Assembly (NCBI GenBank): GCA_024137785.1
Contig: JAHRHZ010000042.1
Span: 24,486,128-24,550,127 of the forward strand
From: Ginglymostoma cirratum
Taxonomy: Eukaryota
Reading direction: 5' to 3'
Length of the DNA stretch: 64,000 nt
The position numbers and the translations under genes were made by a program. Below, one piece after another: positions 49,278 to 60,900 of the stretch; position 1 is the first letter of the stretch; the number at the start of each line of letters is the position of its first letter. The notes beneath the pieces are model-generated. The model had not been told where the DNA came from, searched no databases, and worked only from the letters and a program-made list of their open reading frames with translations.

Positions 49278-49770
49278 CCGAGAAGCACCAGAGGAAAGGT
49301 GACGTAAGCAAACAAAATGCCTTTTTTTTTTAATTTAGCTCTCTTTCAGAAAACAAAATAGGAAAAGCACTGAATTGTAATTGGAAAATTGTATTGACGT
49401 CATGGCACCAAAAATCTACAAAACTTCAATTTATCTGTCAGAGAAGAAGTCTGCAATTTAAAATTTGTGCATGATTTGTACCGAAAATGATTATAACGAC
49501 ATCCATAAAGGATTGCAGCTGCAACAGAGTTTTTGTAAATGCTTATGTTCTTCCGTGTAGACACTTCAAAATGCAATCTTGCCTTAAATCTATTCGTTAT
49601 GGAATATGATGACTAAAAATAATTACACTGAAATAAAGGCTACCCATCAACTAAAAGGACAGTTTGATGCAACGGACTACCTTTTACTGTTCTGAACTTG
49701 ATAGTTTTTTGATATCCACAAATTTCCAATTGGATTCTATTTCCAGCATCTGTCATGACCTGACAATATT

Positions 49771-49870
49771 AAGTTTTCCTGCTCCTATGATGCTGCTTGA
49801 CCTGCTGTGTTCATCCAGCCCCATGCTTGTTATCTCGGATTCTCCAGCATTTGCAGTACCTTTTATCTCT
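49771..49870 (+). mobile_element. Family A mini-element (subtype nearly identical to the 9.1 kb copy), lacking the ribozyme core
   Basis: aatattaa at 49765-49772 and 49871-49878; body is the reverse complement of 9083-9180 with about three differences. Confidence 0.85.
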
Positions 49871-51117
49871 AATATTAAATTCTGAATCATTTTTATAGCG
49901 CAATATATTGTTTTTATGTTTTGTAACCTTGAATGTATTCATGCAATTATGTAGTCCAATTCAAAAAATGTAATTTGTGAAAGTAAAAGAAAATACCGTT
50001 AAACTCCAAATACTCAAAATAATCTTAATGTTTAATCAAAGAGGAGCCTTGCTTTGCGGTGTACGTTCTGGCTGAGAAACACCTTGGATCTCAATGCAGT
50101 CAGTCTGTCCACACTCAAGTACAATTCCAAGTTAACAATTTAGAACAGTTTTCCTTCAATATCTCATTTCAAGGATTGCTAATAAATAAACAATTAAAAT
50201 TTCCTGAGCACGCTACATTCATAATATTAACGGAGATAGAGCCCTGCATCCTTACATCATTAATTCAAAGTACATTTCACCCCTGTTTACAAGCATGTCT
50301 GTGTTAATTCAGTAGGATATTTAAACAAACAACACATTCCCAACTGCTGCAGACATGTTAAAGTATCCTGAAAGTCAATGTTCAGTTCATGGGTGTCAAC
50401 AAGGCCCATGTAATGTGGCATGAAAATCTTACAATTAAGTGAAAGAACATGTGAAAGTATGAAATGTTAGAATATGTGTACGTACAGAACAGGTTGGTTT
50501 TTAATTCTAAAGAAGATCACCAGACATAGAGCACATTTAAGTGCTTTCTGAGGATGCTACAAAAGTGGACCTCTTAAGACACATTATGAGTTGAGTACTT
50601 GTCATGATTGTGACTCAGAGAGACCATGCGCAGTGCCATTAGACATTCGCTCATTATAGTTAATTGAAACAGATCTAGTGACCTCAAAACAGAACAAGAT
50701 ATGTATGGGAAAGTGAAGGGAAATTGTCATGCTGGCCCTGAGAATCAAATTAATATTCATTGCCCAAGCAGTACATTGCATCTTAGAAGCTACAGCTGCA
50801 TGCCTTAAAGCAGTGAGATTTGTCAATTGTAGTTAAGAGGGGAAAGGTATTCAAATCAATGAACAGTAATCGGAACTTAGGTTTGACCCAGGAAGATTGG
50901 TTGAACAACTGCATGCACAACGGATTTTGTTTCTCTGTTCAGGTCAGTTTAAATTGCAAATGCTCTTAACTTATTTGAGGGTTAAGGTTGTCAGCTGTAG
51001 CGTTGTGACAGCACTCTTGCCTTAGGTCAGAACGTTGCGGATTCATGACCAACTCCAGGCAATAGAGCACCAATTCTAATTTGTTACTCTTACGCAAAAC
51101 AAATTAGATCTTTTAAA

Positions 51118-51458
51118 AATTGACTAACAGGATGTGGGCATCACTGGTCTAGCCATCAAAACCTCCAAGAGGGCAGTTCAGTGTCAACCACATTTATGTG
51201 CATCTGGAGTCACATGCAGGCCAGCTCAGACAGACCAGACAATAGTTTCCTTTCCCAAAAGGCGTCAGTAAAGTAAATGGATTTTCCTGACAATCAACTA
51301 TAGCTTCATTGCCATTACTAAACTCATAATTCCAGATATTTTTTGAATTCAAATTCCGTCATCTGCTATGACAGACTTTGAACTTGAGTCCCCAGAACAC
51401 TACCGGGGTCTCTCGATTAATAGCCCAGTGATAATACAACCAGGTCATCACCTCCCTC
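51118..51458 (-). mobile_element. tRNA-derived SINE (same family as 21196-21528)
   Basis: caggatgtgggcatcactgg...tctggagtcacatgcaggcca...gaattcaaattcc...aggtcatcacctccc. Confidence 0.8.
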
Positions 51459-52004
51459 GCTGGTCATGGCATTACTATTGGTGGTACTTACAGAGGAGTT
51501 GAAAAACGTATTGAGAATTACAAAGTTATAGTGACTAGATTATGTCCCAGTTCATATAGGTTTACTGCACAGCTTCTTTCAGTCTATTTCCTGAGTGCAA
51601 GTTTCAAAGTCCTCCTGTCTCTGTTCTCCATCTACAACATAGCTGTCAGCAGTACTTATCTCCTTGACTTCTACGGGCAAATATGTGGCAAGTTGAAGCA
51701 ATAGATGGAAAAAAGACATCGGAGAGATTTAATACTCAAAGTGGGGTTTTGTGCCAGCACAGCTATGATTTAACCAACAGCAGGAGATACTCAGCCCAGC
51801 AGCTTTCCTTGCACTGCATGGGGGAGGAGGGAGGGTGGAATTGTAGTTCAAAATTTAATTTGCATATTGAGCCTATTAAAGTGCCCCACCAACTATCAAC
51901 AGTAAAGTATAAAACTGGAGATTTTTAGTCATTTTGTACATTAAATCTGGTATCTATTTTATAATTTACAGTCTAAATTGCTGACTGATATTTTATTTAA
52001 TTAA

Positions 52005-52225
52005 CAATGACAGAAATTGAGGAGCCATTCAAAAGGTCTGGCAGCATTTGTGGCGACAAAGCAGAGATGGTGTTCCAAGAACAGTAACGCCTCTTCAGAA
52101 CACAAACACAGAATAGGACTCAAAATGGTAACTCTACTTTCTCTTCACGGATGCTGTCGGACCTGCTGAGATTTTCCAACAATTTCTGATTTTGTTTCAG
52201 ATCGTCAGTTCTTTGTTTTATTTTA
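52005..52225. mobile_element. Old palindromic family D mini-element
   Basis: acagaaattg...aggtctggcagcatttgtg...cttcagaac mirrored by ...gatgctgtcggacctgctgagattttccaacaatttctg. Confidence 0.65.
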
Positions 52226-53994
52226 GTGTTTAGTCAATGTTGGTTTTGTAAATCTGTGTCATAGTAAAGTCTTTAAACTTAAAAATCTTCCGATGTGATC
52301 CTTTCAATAAATGTTTGTCTCCATCGGGACCACATCACAGCGGAGTAAAGATCAATCTCTCCAAGGAGAGATTTTAACTAATTCAGTGTTCTTGCTCAAA
52401 TTCCAAACTGAGTTCCGGGGCTGAACAGGATGGGCTAAAATTGACGATGATATTCCACAGCTGCATGACCTTGAATGAGTCCTGTGAACATTCCTGTATG
52501 TGCTGAGGACTGCATAATCAACGTGTTTTTCTGTACTTGCTGTTTGTTACACTGTATATGAGAGAGAGTTTCCTTCCCAGTGGTTGGACTTCACCTCAGA
52601 TTGGGACCGTGAAAGGTACCAGGAACAACCTAAGCCTCCAGACCAGCTGTCGATTGAGGGGACCCCCACAGGCATAAGGGTGTGAGGTTTCCTGTCTTTC
52701 TTTTCTTTCCTTTTTCATTTTCTTTTTACATACTTAAAAAAATTCATATTTAAGTAAATTCATGTCGTTGAGTCTTCTTTTAACTACATTTGACAGAATC
52801 TGAAAAGAACCATTTGGTTACACGTTGTGATCCAAGACGGTAGCCAGCCAAAATATATCCCCCTCAAAGCACGAGTAAGGACTAATGTGACCTGTCTTAC
52901 CGTCAATATGTCAGTATACCTTTAATTAACATTCTCATGAAAGCATCAGCATAGTGCCTATGACCTGAGAGTACAAAGGTCCCATTCTCCATCTTACCTC
53001 AGGAAGTCTCAAAGCATGACATGCTACAAGTACTGCTCTCTGCTGTCAACGACTAGTGAATTTCCCTTAGGAATGTAATGTTTGCATACAATAGTCAGCT
53101 GTAATAAACATCAGTTGGATTGTTAAACAGCACAATATCCAGACCCAGTATCTTAGGAACAAAGCTGTTGCACTAACAGCATTCTGTCATTACAGTTAAT
53201 AAAAAATCTGACTGTGGACGTTCTTGTATTTTCAGGCATCTTATGTTTTATGGAAACAAAGTTGAGCAAAGAATATCTGTAACATTAACTGCGTGAGAAT
53301 TTATTTTATATTTTAGCAGAGAGTGGTTGTGGTCTTGGTATTCTTTTTAATTGATTCAAAATGAGATCAACAAATTACAGTCTGCTAGTCATCAGAACTG
53401 CACAAGCGTGTTTTCTTCATGGGAAGAAAAGGGAGTTTACTGAGTTTTAGATTTGTGCTAACAAGGCAAATGAAAATGAGTACTTATTTGATGATAATGA
53501 AGATAGCTGAGTTCATAGAAAAGTCACAGTGCTGGACTATTGATGTGCAATTGCCAAGTCTGATATTAATTCTCCTGAAACCTACTTACTTGTACTGCTG
53601 TATGTTGTCAAGGGTAAGCTAATCATGCTTGACAATATTTGTTCATGGCTGAATAATATGTCAGTTGTTCCAACTCCTCCCTTATCTGTTATAGGAACAA
53701 ATAGTTTACAGCATCTGTTATTTGTTTCAAATTAGATACTTGCATGAAGTCAGACCCACTGCAGTGCAATATTTAACAACGCTGAACGAGCTCAAATTAT
53801 ATCTAATTGGTCTTATTCTATATCATAGCACTCAGCAAATCTGGTGAAGATATCTTAAAAATTTCCCGAGTGAGGCAATCAACATTCAAATCAATGTTTA
53901 ATTGCAGCTTTGCTGATGTGAATTAAGCTCCAAGTGTCTTTTTCTTACAATTCCAGTTCAGCTATAATTTTAAAAGTTCCAAAGATCTCACCCA

Positions 53995-54420
53995 GAATGC
54001 AGTGGTACAGTGTTAATATTCTTGTTTTCAAAGTTGTGAATTCAAACATGGGTTGAGGAAAAGTCAAAGCAAGCTGGGACTTCACAGCCATACTGAGGAG
54101 TTAGTACAATTCTGAAAGTACACATTTCAGAAGGGATATTAAACTCAATTGCTAACTTAACTCTCAGCTAGATATAAAATATCCTGTGACAAAATTCAAA
54201 GATAACCAAGATGACTTCTTCCAGTGAGCACGTTGATATTAATGCCCCAACCGAAACATTTTCTCTGGTCATTATCTCGAAGAAATTGCTTTGTTCAAAT
54301 TGGTTGCTAAGCTTTTCTGGACAACAATAATGTTTCAAAAGGTCCTTCATTAGTTGCAAAGCACATTGAAATGTGCTAGCGTTGTGACAGCCATTGCATA
54401 ATTGAAAACTTGTTTTCTCT
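53995..54420 (+). mobile_element. Ancient Deu-domain-like SINE, very degraded
   Basis: tctggtcattatc...ttgttcaaattggttgct...ttcaaaaggtccttcattagttgcaaagcacattg resembles the DeuSINE core and L2-like tail. Confidence 0.5.
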
Positions 54421-55689
54421 TGAACAATTTTTACTACAAGTTAATGAAGTCCATATCATATTGTCCTTTTCATGATTAGGATGCTTGCATTAGTGTTTTT
54501 TTCTTAAATTGAGTCTCTTCAATCTTTACTGTCCCAGAGAAAAAGGTACCCATCACCAGGAAAGAACGTTTCACTTATTTTCTTTGGATGGACTTCAGTT
54601 TGTTATACCACTTAACTAATGAGGATTTCTGAAAATTCCCAGAATTGAATTGGAAACAAATGCACAGTGAGAATCTGAGCCATGACAATGACAAGGTGAG
54701 TTGTTAGCATTATCACTGAGTGGAAGTGGACTGTATCTGATTAACACCCAGAAATTACAATGTACTCTTGTCAGTTGAAAGAGATTTGATAGTGTTTGTT
54801 AGTAACAACATTACAGGATGGGCAATCAAATAATCAAAGTAATAACTCACATGACAGAAAGGATTTTGAAGGATTGTTGCTGTACTTTAGCATAAAGCAG
54901 AGTTAGTAACCGGGGAAAAGATACAGATGTGCAAGTGAAGAAAATTTAGAGAAGAGAAATGAAACAACACGATCGGGATCAAGGTGTAGAATGGGAAAAA
55001 GAAATGGTCACAATTGATAGAAAAGAATATTCCCTCATTTTTTTCTGAACAGGGCATCTTATTACAAGACAGCAAAGAGAAAACGGGTATGTCTTCCAAA
55101 AGCTGCCGCGTTTGCGTACACAAAAAAAAAATCTACAATCCTCTGTCTCATGTTGTTGTGGCAGCTGTACCTTGTTAAAGAAGTTTGATGCATCTTTTGA
55201 ACAATGCTGCAGTAGACAATGATGAATTACCAACATTGTGGTAAAGTGGTAGGGTCTCTGAGTCTGGGCCAGAAGTCTGGGTTCGAGTCTTACTTGCGCT
55301 GGAAGCGTCTCACAATAAGGTTGATCCAAGTGACTTAAAAAGTGGCCACTGTGATCCTGTCACAGATAACCATGTTAAGGCAGCCAGAATAACTCAAGCA
55401 GTGGAAAGAAATCTAACCTTGTTGTTAAACATAATGATGTAACAAACCTGGCACGCAGAAGAATGGCCCAATATAATTTCATTTTCACAACAAGCTGATC
55501 ATCTGATTTGGAAACTGGATGTAAAGACCAAATCCAACTCCTTACTCTACTTTCTTCAGGATCAGGTTGGGAATTGACACCAGATTAATGATACATCTTC
55601 TCCAAATCTGTACAGTTGTTTCCAAGCAAAACTACTTAACACCAACACTACATGTGTCGAGTAAACACATCCTAAGCAGCATGGCATTT

Positions 55690-56122
55690 ATGAGAAAGAA
55701 ACTCAGCCCGTTTGGCAGCATTTTAAATCCAGTGACCCTTTGTCAGAACTGACATCTGCTCTGACAAAGGGTTACTGGACTGGAAACATTAACTTTATGT
55801 CTCTATACATAGATGCTACCGGACCTGCTGTGTTTCCCCAGCAAATAAAAACCGAAAAACTGCGGATGCTGTAAATCAGGAACAAAAACAAAGTTGCTAG
55901 AAAAGCTCAGGAGGTCTGCCAACATCTGTCAAGAAAAAAATCAGAGTGAACATTCCGGGTTTTCCGAGGAAGGGTCACCGGACCCAAAACATTAACTCTG
56001 ATTTTTTCTTCACAGATACTGCCAGACCTGCTGAGCTTTCCAAGCAACTTTGTTTTTGTTTGTGTTTCTCCAGTACCCTATCTTTGTTTCAGATTTCCAC
56101 AATCCAAAGTCCGTGGTGTTTA
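55690..56122. mobile_element. Two nested palindromic family D mini-elements
   Basis: Inner element 55844-56060 flanked by tgtgtttccccagca (55829-55843) / tgtgtttctccagta (56061-56075) inside an older copy. Confidence 0.8.
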
Positions 56123-57289
56123 TCTCTGGCATCACAATGGTAGCCATGCAAATTGAAGATTTTTGATTTGATCTGACAGATGGATGACTGAAGCATCCTG
56201 TAATTATTTTGCTGGAGCATCATTTAGAAATACAATTCCGATGGAGCAACGTGCAGATTACAGGTCACACAAGGGACACAGGAACACACAATACAATCTT
56301 CATGGAATGCTCCCAGTCCATTTAAAACATATTCAGTTGGAGCAGTTAACAAAAACCGAATCAATCATATATTTTATGGGCATTGATAATGCAGAGTCTG
56401 CTGTTACTCATTCAGAAAATAATAATTTTCAACATGATAAATAATATTTCATCAATCACAAAAAATACTGATCGATGATCATTGGTTAGAAATTGTAAAC
56501 TGATGACATATTGGAATTTTTCATATGAATTCCATCTATCAGTTTTATCATAGCAGATGGATTGACAACTATCATTCCTTTCATGACAAGGCTAACAAGG
56601 TTAGCAGTGATTATACATTCAAATTATATCTGATTCCCAAGTCATGACATTGAAATTATCGAATTCTTTTTAAATTATTGTCATTTACTTCAACAAATTC
56701 AACTACCGTCTGCACAATATTGAAGGTTCTCCAATACGATTACTTAAAAACAAATCCATAAAAATCAAACTACAGATGATTTTTATTTTATAGACACTTC
56801 CTACAACATTAAAAAAGGCTGCAGTTAATTTCCCTAATGAAAGTCTCTGGATGATGGCAATCATTTCTAATTGGAAGTCACTGATGAGCTATTCACTTGA
56901 GGCTAAAAGCAGCCAAGTTAGGAGATCAAAACTTTCATAGTTACAGCTATAGACCATAGGCAATCAGGTATGTCTAAGTCTGACATCTATGGCATAGTTG
57001 CTTAGCTACCAACTTGGCCTGTTTTTTGTAACCACTGCTCTGATTCTCCCTAAAGACTAATTACTATTGGAAGATTGGCAACTGCTTCTTTCTGTGCTAT
57101 AGAAATACTGGCAGTCTGTGGGTTGTGAATGGGTTTGATTCTGTAGTCCTTTTGCAAGTCGATTTGTTCACAAGTTGGAATGCAATTTAGGACAATGGAA
57201 AACACTCATTCATAAGATGCTTGCATGTAAAGACTTTAAATGCTAAATCTATGTCTGGTATCGTGTTCATAGGTACAAGTGTTCATAAA

Positions 57290-57560
57290 TCAGATATTTG
57301 TAAATGTGGAAAAGAAACAGGAAGAGTAGATCATTCAGTCCATCAAGCCTGTTCAGCGATTCAAAAAAGATCATGTTTGTTCCACTACCATAATTTTCCC
57401 TTGTTATCCCCATATCCCTTCAGATCTTTCTTATCTGGAAGTCTATGATCTCTGACGAGAATTTACTCAATGAATGAGCCTCCACAGCCCTCGGGATAGA
57501 AAATTCCAAGGATTCCCCATATTATGAATTAAGAAATTCTGAGTCGTAAATGGCCTGACA
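57290..57560 (-). mobile_element. Degraded CR1 3' end
   Basis: aacaggaagagtagatcattcagtcc...tccccatatccctt...gcctccacagccctcgggatagaaaattccaa. Confidence 0.65.
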
Positions 57561-57632
57561 CTGACTTCCACCCCACAACTGAGTTCTCAACCACACCCAC
57601 CCCCACACACACACAGTCTAGAAACATCATTA

Positions 57633-57976
57633 ATAGAACTCTATGGCACAGAAGCACACCATTTGGCCGATCAAGTTCACACCGACCCTCCAAAGAGCAT
57701 CCCACCCGGACCCATACCCCCTCCTCTGTCCCTCCAACCCTGCATTCTCCATGGCTAATCCACCTAACCTGCACACTCTCGACACTATGAGCAACTTAAC
57801 GTGGCCAATCCAACTAACCTGTACTTGTGGGAAGAAACTGGAGTACTCAAAAGAAACCTGCACAGACATAGGGAGAATATATGCAAAATCCACACAGTCA
57901 CCCAAGGTTGGAATCGAACCCGAGTCCCTGGCACTGTGCGGCAGCAGTACTAACCACCGAACCACTATGCTACCCC
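57633..57976 (-). mobile_element. HE1-type V-SINE
   Basis: Reverse complement of the 36.7 and 45.9 kb copies (ggggtagcatagtggttcggtggttagtactgctgcc...gggttcgattcc). Confidence 0.9.
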
Positions 57977-60900
57977 AATGATTCCTGCATCTGCCCTGTT
58001 GAGCTCTGGAACAATTTTTTACCCCTCAGTGAGATCAACATCAACATCAGAATCATGTGCCCAGGTTATTTTACTGCAAGAAGCAAAAGCAGAACTAATT
58101 CAACTTGGTATTCTGTTCATGTTTTATATTCAAAACTTAAGTCCAGCCAGTTACTTTGACAGTGTCTCACATAAAACATCATGCCCGGCATGCAGAGAAT
58201 TTTGTCAAAACTGAAATCTTAAAATAATGATTGAATATGGATTTGAATGGAGTGAAACCATGCACTGAAATGTCAGTTATATAATTTCTGGGATGATGGT
58301 GGACTAACTGATAGAGATTAATTATCAACAACTCTATTATCATTGCAAAATGAGATGACTAGGAAGGGAGACAGCAAAGTAATTGGACCTTAGTCTACTT
58401 TCAACTGCCATTTTGTGTGACCTTAAAGGTAGGCAATGATTACTTAAGACAGAGCTACCCAAAGTGTAGGTCAAGATGCCTGGTGGGATCGTAATTTCTG
58501 AGGCAGCAATTGACTTTTAATAGCTATGCCTCTGCTCTCTCAGCAGCCCACCTCCTTTCCTCATCGTCCCACATCACCCATCTCCCCCCACACTCAGTTC
58601 CCATTGAGGGGCTGTGATAGTTTTCATACCCCAAAATGAGGCCACAGAGGGAAAAGGTTTGGGAAGCACTGACTTAAGGTATTGAAAATGCTTTCTCACC
58701 AAATACTTTTGTGAGTGCTAATTTGGAAATATCAGAAGGCTTGTGTTCAAACTAAACAATTTTGGGCAAAAGAAATATGAATGTAAGTAACAGAATGGGA
58801 GTAGGCCAGATGGTTACATGAGACTGTGCTAAATTTAGCACTTAAATACAAATTAAGCATTTACAATTTATTGGAAAATGACAAATCATTACACATTTAC
58901 AAACAGTTATAGCTGCACTGATAAATAGTAAAATACTTATTTTCCTGCTGCCTATGATATGATCTGGACTCCACTCTGCAATTTGCAAGAATGATGACTA
59001 AGATGCTCAATCATTCAAGAAAAATCACAGCAGAAATATACTTTTCAGCATTCTATGTTCTTTATTCTCTAACATGTCTTCATAGAATCCAATTCTAGGC
59101 TAATAACATCAAAACATTAGCTTCAATGCACATATTCATTACAGAATTAAAGTATACACATTCTACCTCAGAAATAACTATCATCTTTTCTGTTCAATAA
59201 TACAGAAATGATCAGTTCAGCCACTTACTTAACTAACTCAAAATTGAAACTCAAAATTAATTTCACATCGTCATACTTCTGTCTCAGTACGTCAGCATAC
59301 CTGATTCAATTTGAGACATAGTATGGCATCTCTTGGAATCAGTATTGTAAGGAAAGTGTCTTTTTATTTTGTTTTTAAGAGTCTGGACTGAACTGAGAAA
59401 GAACTATTTTAAAACCAGTGTTGAAAAGATTATCGGCATGTTTTGGAAAGTAAACCGATGCCCCGGCAAGCCTCAAACAGGTGCTTGAAGAAAAGTAATT
59501 GAAGTGTTTGCAGGCAAACAGGAGCCCAGGGGTTCTGCGTTTAGATGCAGTTGGCTGGCAACAAGAAGTTGATTGGTCACTGGACTAGTGACCAGTTATT
59601 GATAACAAATATTATTTGCCTTCCAACAGCCATGTGGCTGGTTGCTAAGTAAATGAACAGCTTGGAGCTGGAAAGAAGACATAATGAAAGGCTTCAGTCT
59701 CTACTAGCATGGAAGCAGTTCTCTGCCATCGAACCTCACTTTAAACCGGAGGAAAAGTAATTAATCTTTCCATCAGCTGTTACTGTAAACTGTGAGATTT
59801 ACCTGATAAAGTAGAGACATTTTACAAGTGAACCAGCCACTCTGTGCCTTTTGGAAACCAATGGAAGCATTTGGTAAAGAGAATCCAGGGATAAACTTTT
59901 GGATCAGCAAAATCCAACTCAACAGAACTTGTGGACAAAGAATATTGAACTGTCCTCCCAGTTTTTCCCCTGCATCCATGTGTTTTATATTCCCTGTCTG
60001 TGTGTAAGAGGAAGTTTATACAGGGAGTAGAGTTTTAATTAGTAGTGTTATATGCTGATGGCTTAGACCTGTTTATCTGTAGTCCATCAAGTCTGTATTA
60101 GTTTTCTTGAAGATAAATCCAGACTGTCCTACCAATTGCAAACAATTTGGTCGTTCTTATTATGCTGCCATTCCTGAGTCTTTGAACCTGGCAATGTCAT
60201 TTTTAAACACTCATCTTGCGATTTCCTCAAAGGCTATATTTTAATTTTCAGCAGCTACTTTTACTATCAGTGGCTCCATTTACATTCGCACTAACTAACT
60301 TATTCAATGACGTATCCACGTAGTAACGATACCTTTAGATTTGGGTTGACGTATGAGGTATTTCAACTCCTGTAGAATCAGAATTAGGAGTATTCATCAG
60401 TATCCTTAGTTATGAATCTTCCATTAATCATAAAACCACAACATACAATACAATGCCAGGTACCACAGTGTTTAAATTTGTGCAAGTCAATAGACAAAAG
60501 TCTTTTCTTTTTCAAAATAACCGACACACACTTCAACATAAGAAAAACCAAAATCGTTCCTTGCGGGGACAGCTGAAGTCGTAGCAAATGCCTTTCTATC
60601 AGATAGTAACAAAGCTAGAACATTTAAAACAAGTGGTTATTACCATCTTTAATACATTTGAGATCTCAATCTGAGATACTATTTAACAAGTGGCCATATT
60701 AATTACAGTAGCATCCATTACATTTCTCCCCATTAGTAGCTCTGGCCTTATGCAGCAGTAAAATAGAGATGCCACAAAAAATTTCAAGGAATTGTTTACT
60801 TCAGCGATTACCATTTTCCTGTCTCTCATGTAGGTGAACCTTTCATTGTGAATCCCTGGCCTCCAGCCCTGTCCACCCCATTTCAGCCCCAAATTCTTCT

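Noticed and set aside
52995-53105. Possible minus-strand exon (ttattacag|...ctgag|gtaag)
   Set aside because: Stop codons in all three frames; no support as coding
1-56122. Recurring palindromic repeats as CRISPR array or bacterial REP/terminator elements
   Set aside because: Dispersed, no regular repeat-spacer period, no cas genes; context is vertebrate retroelement DNA
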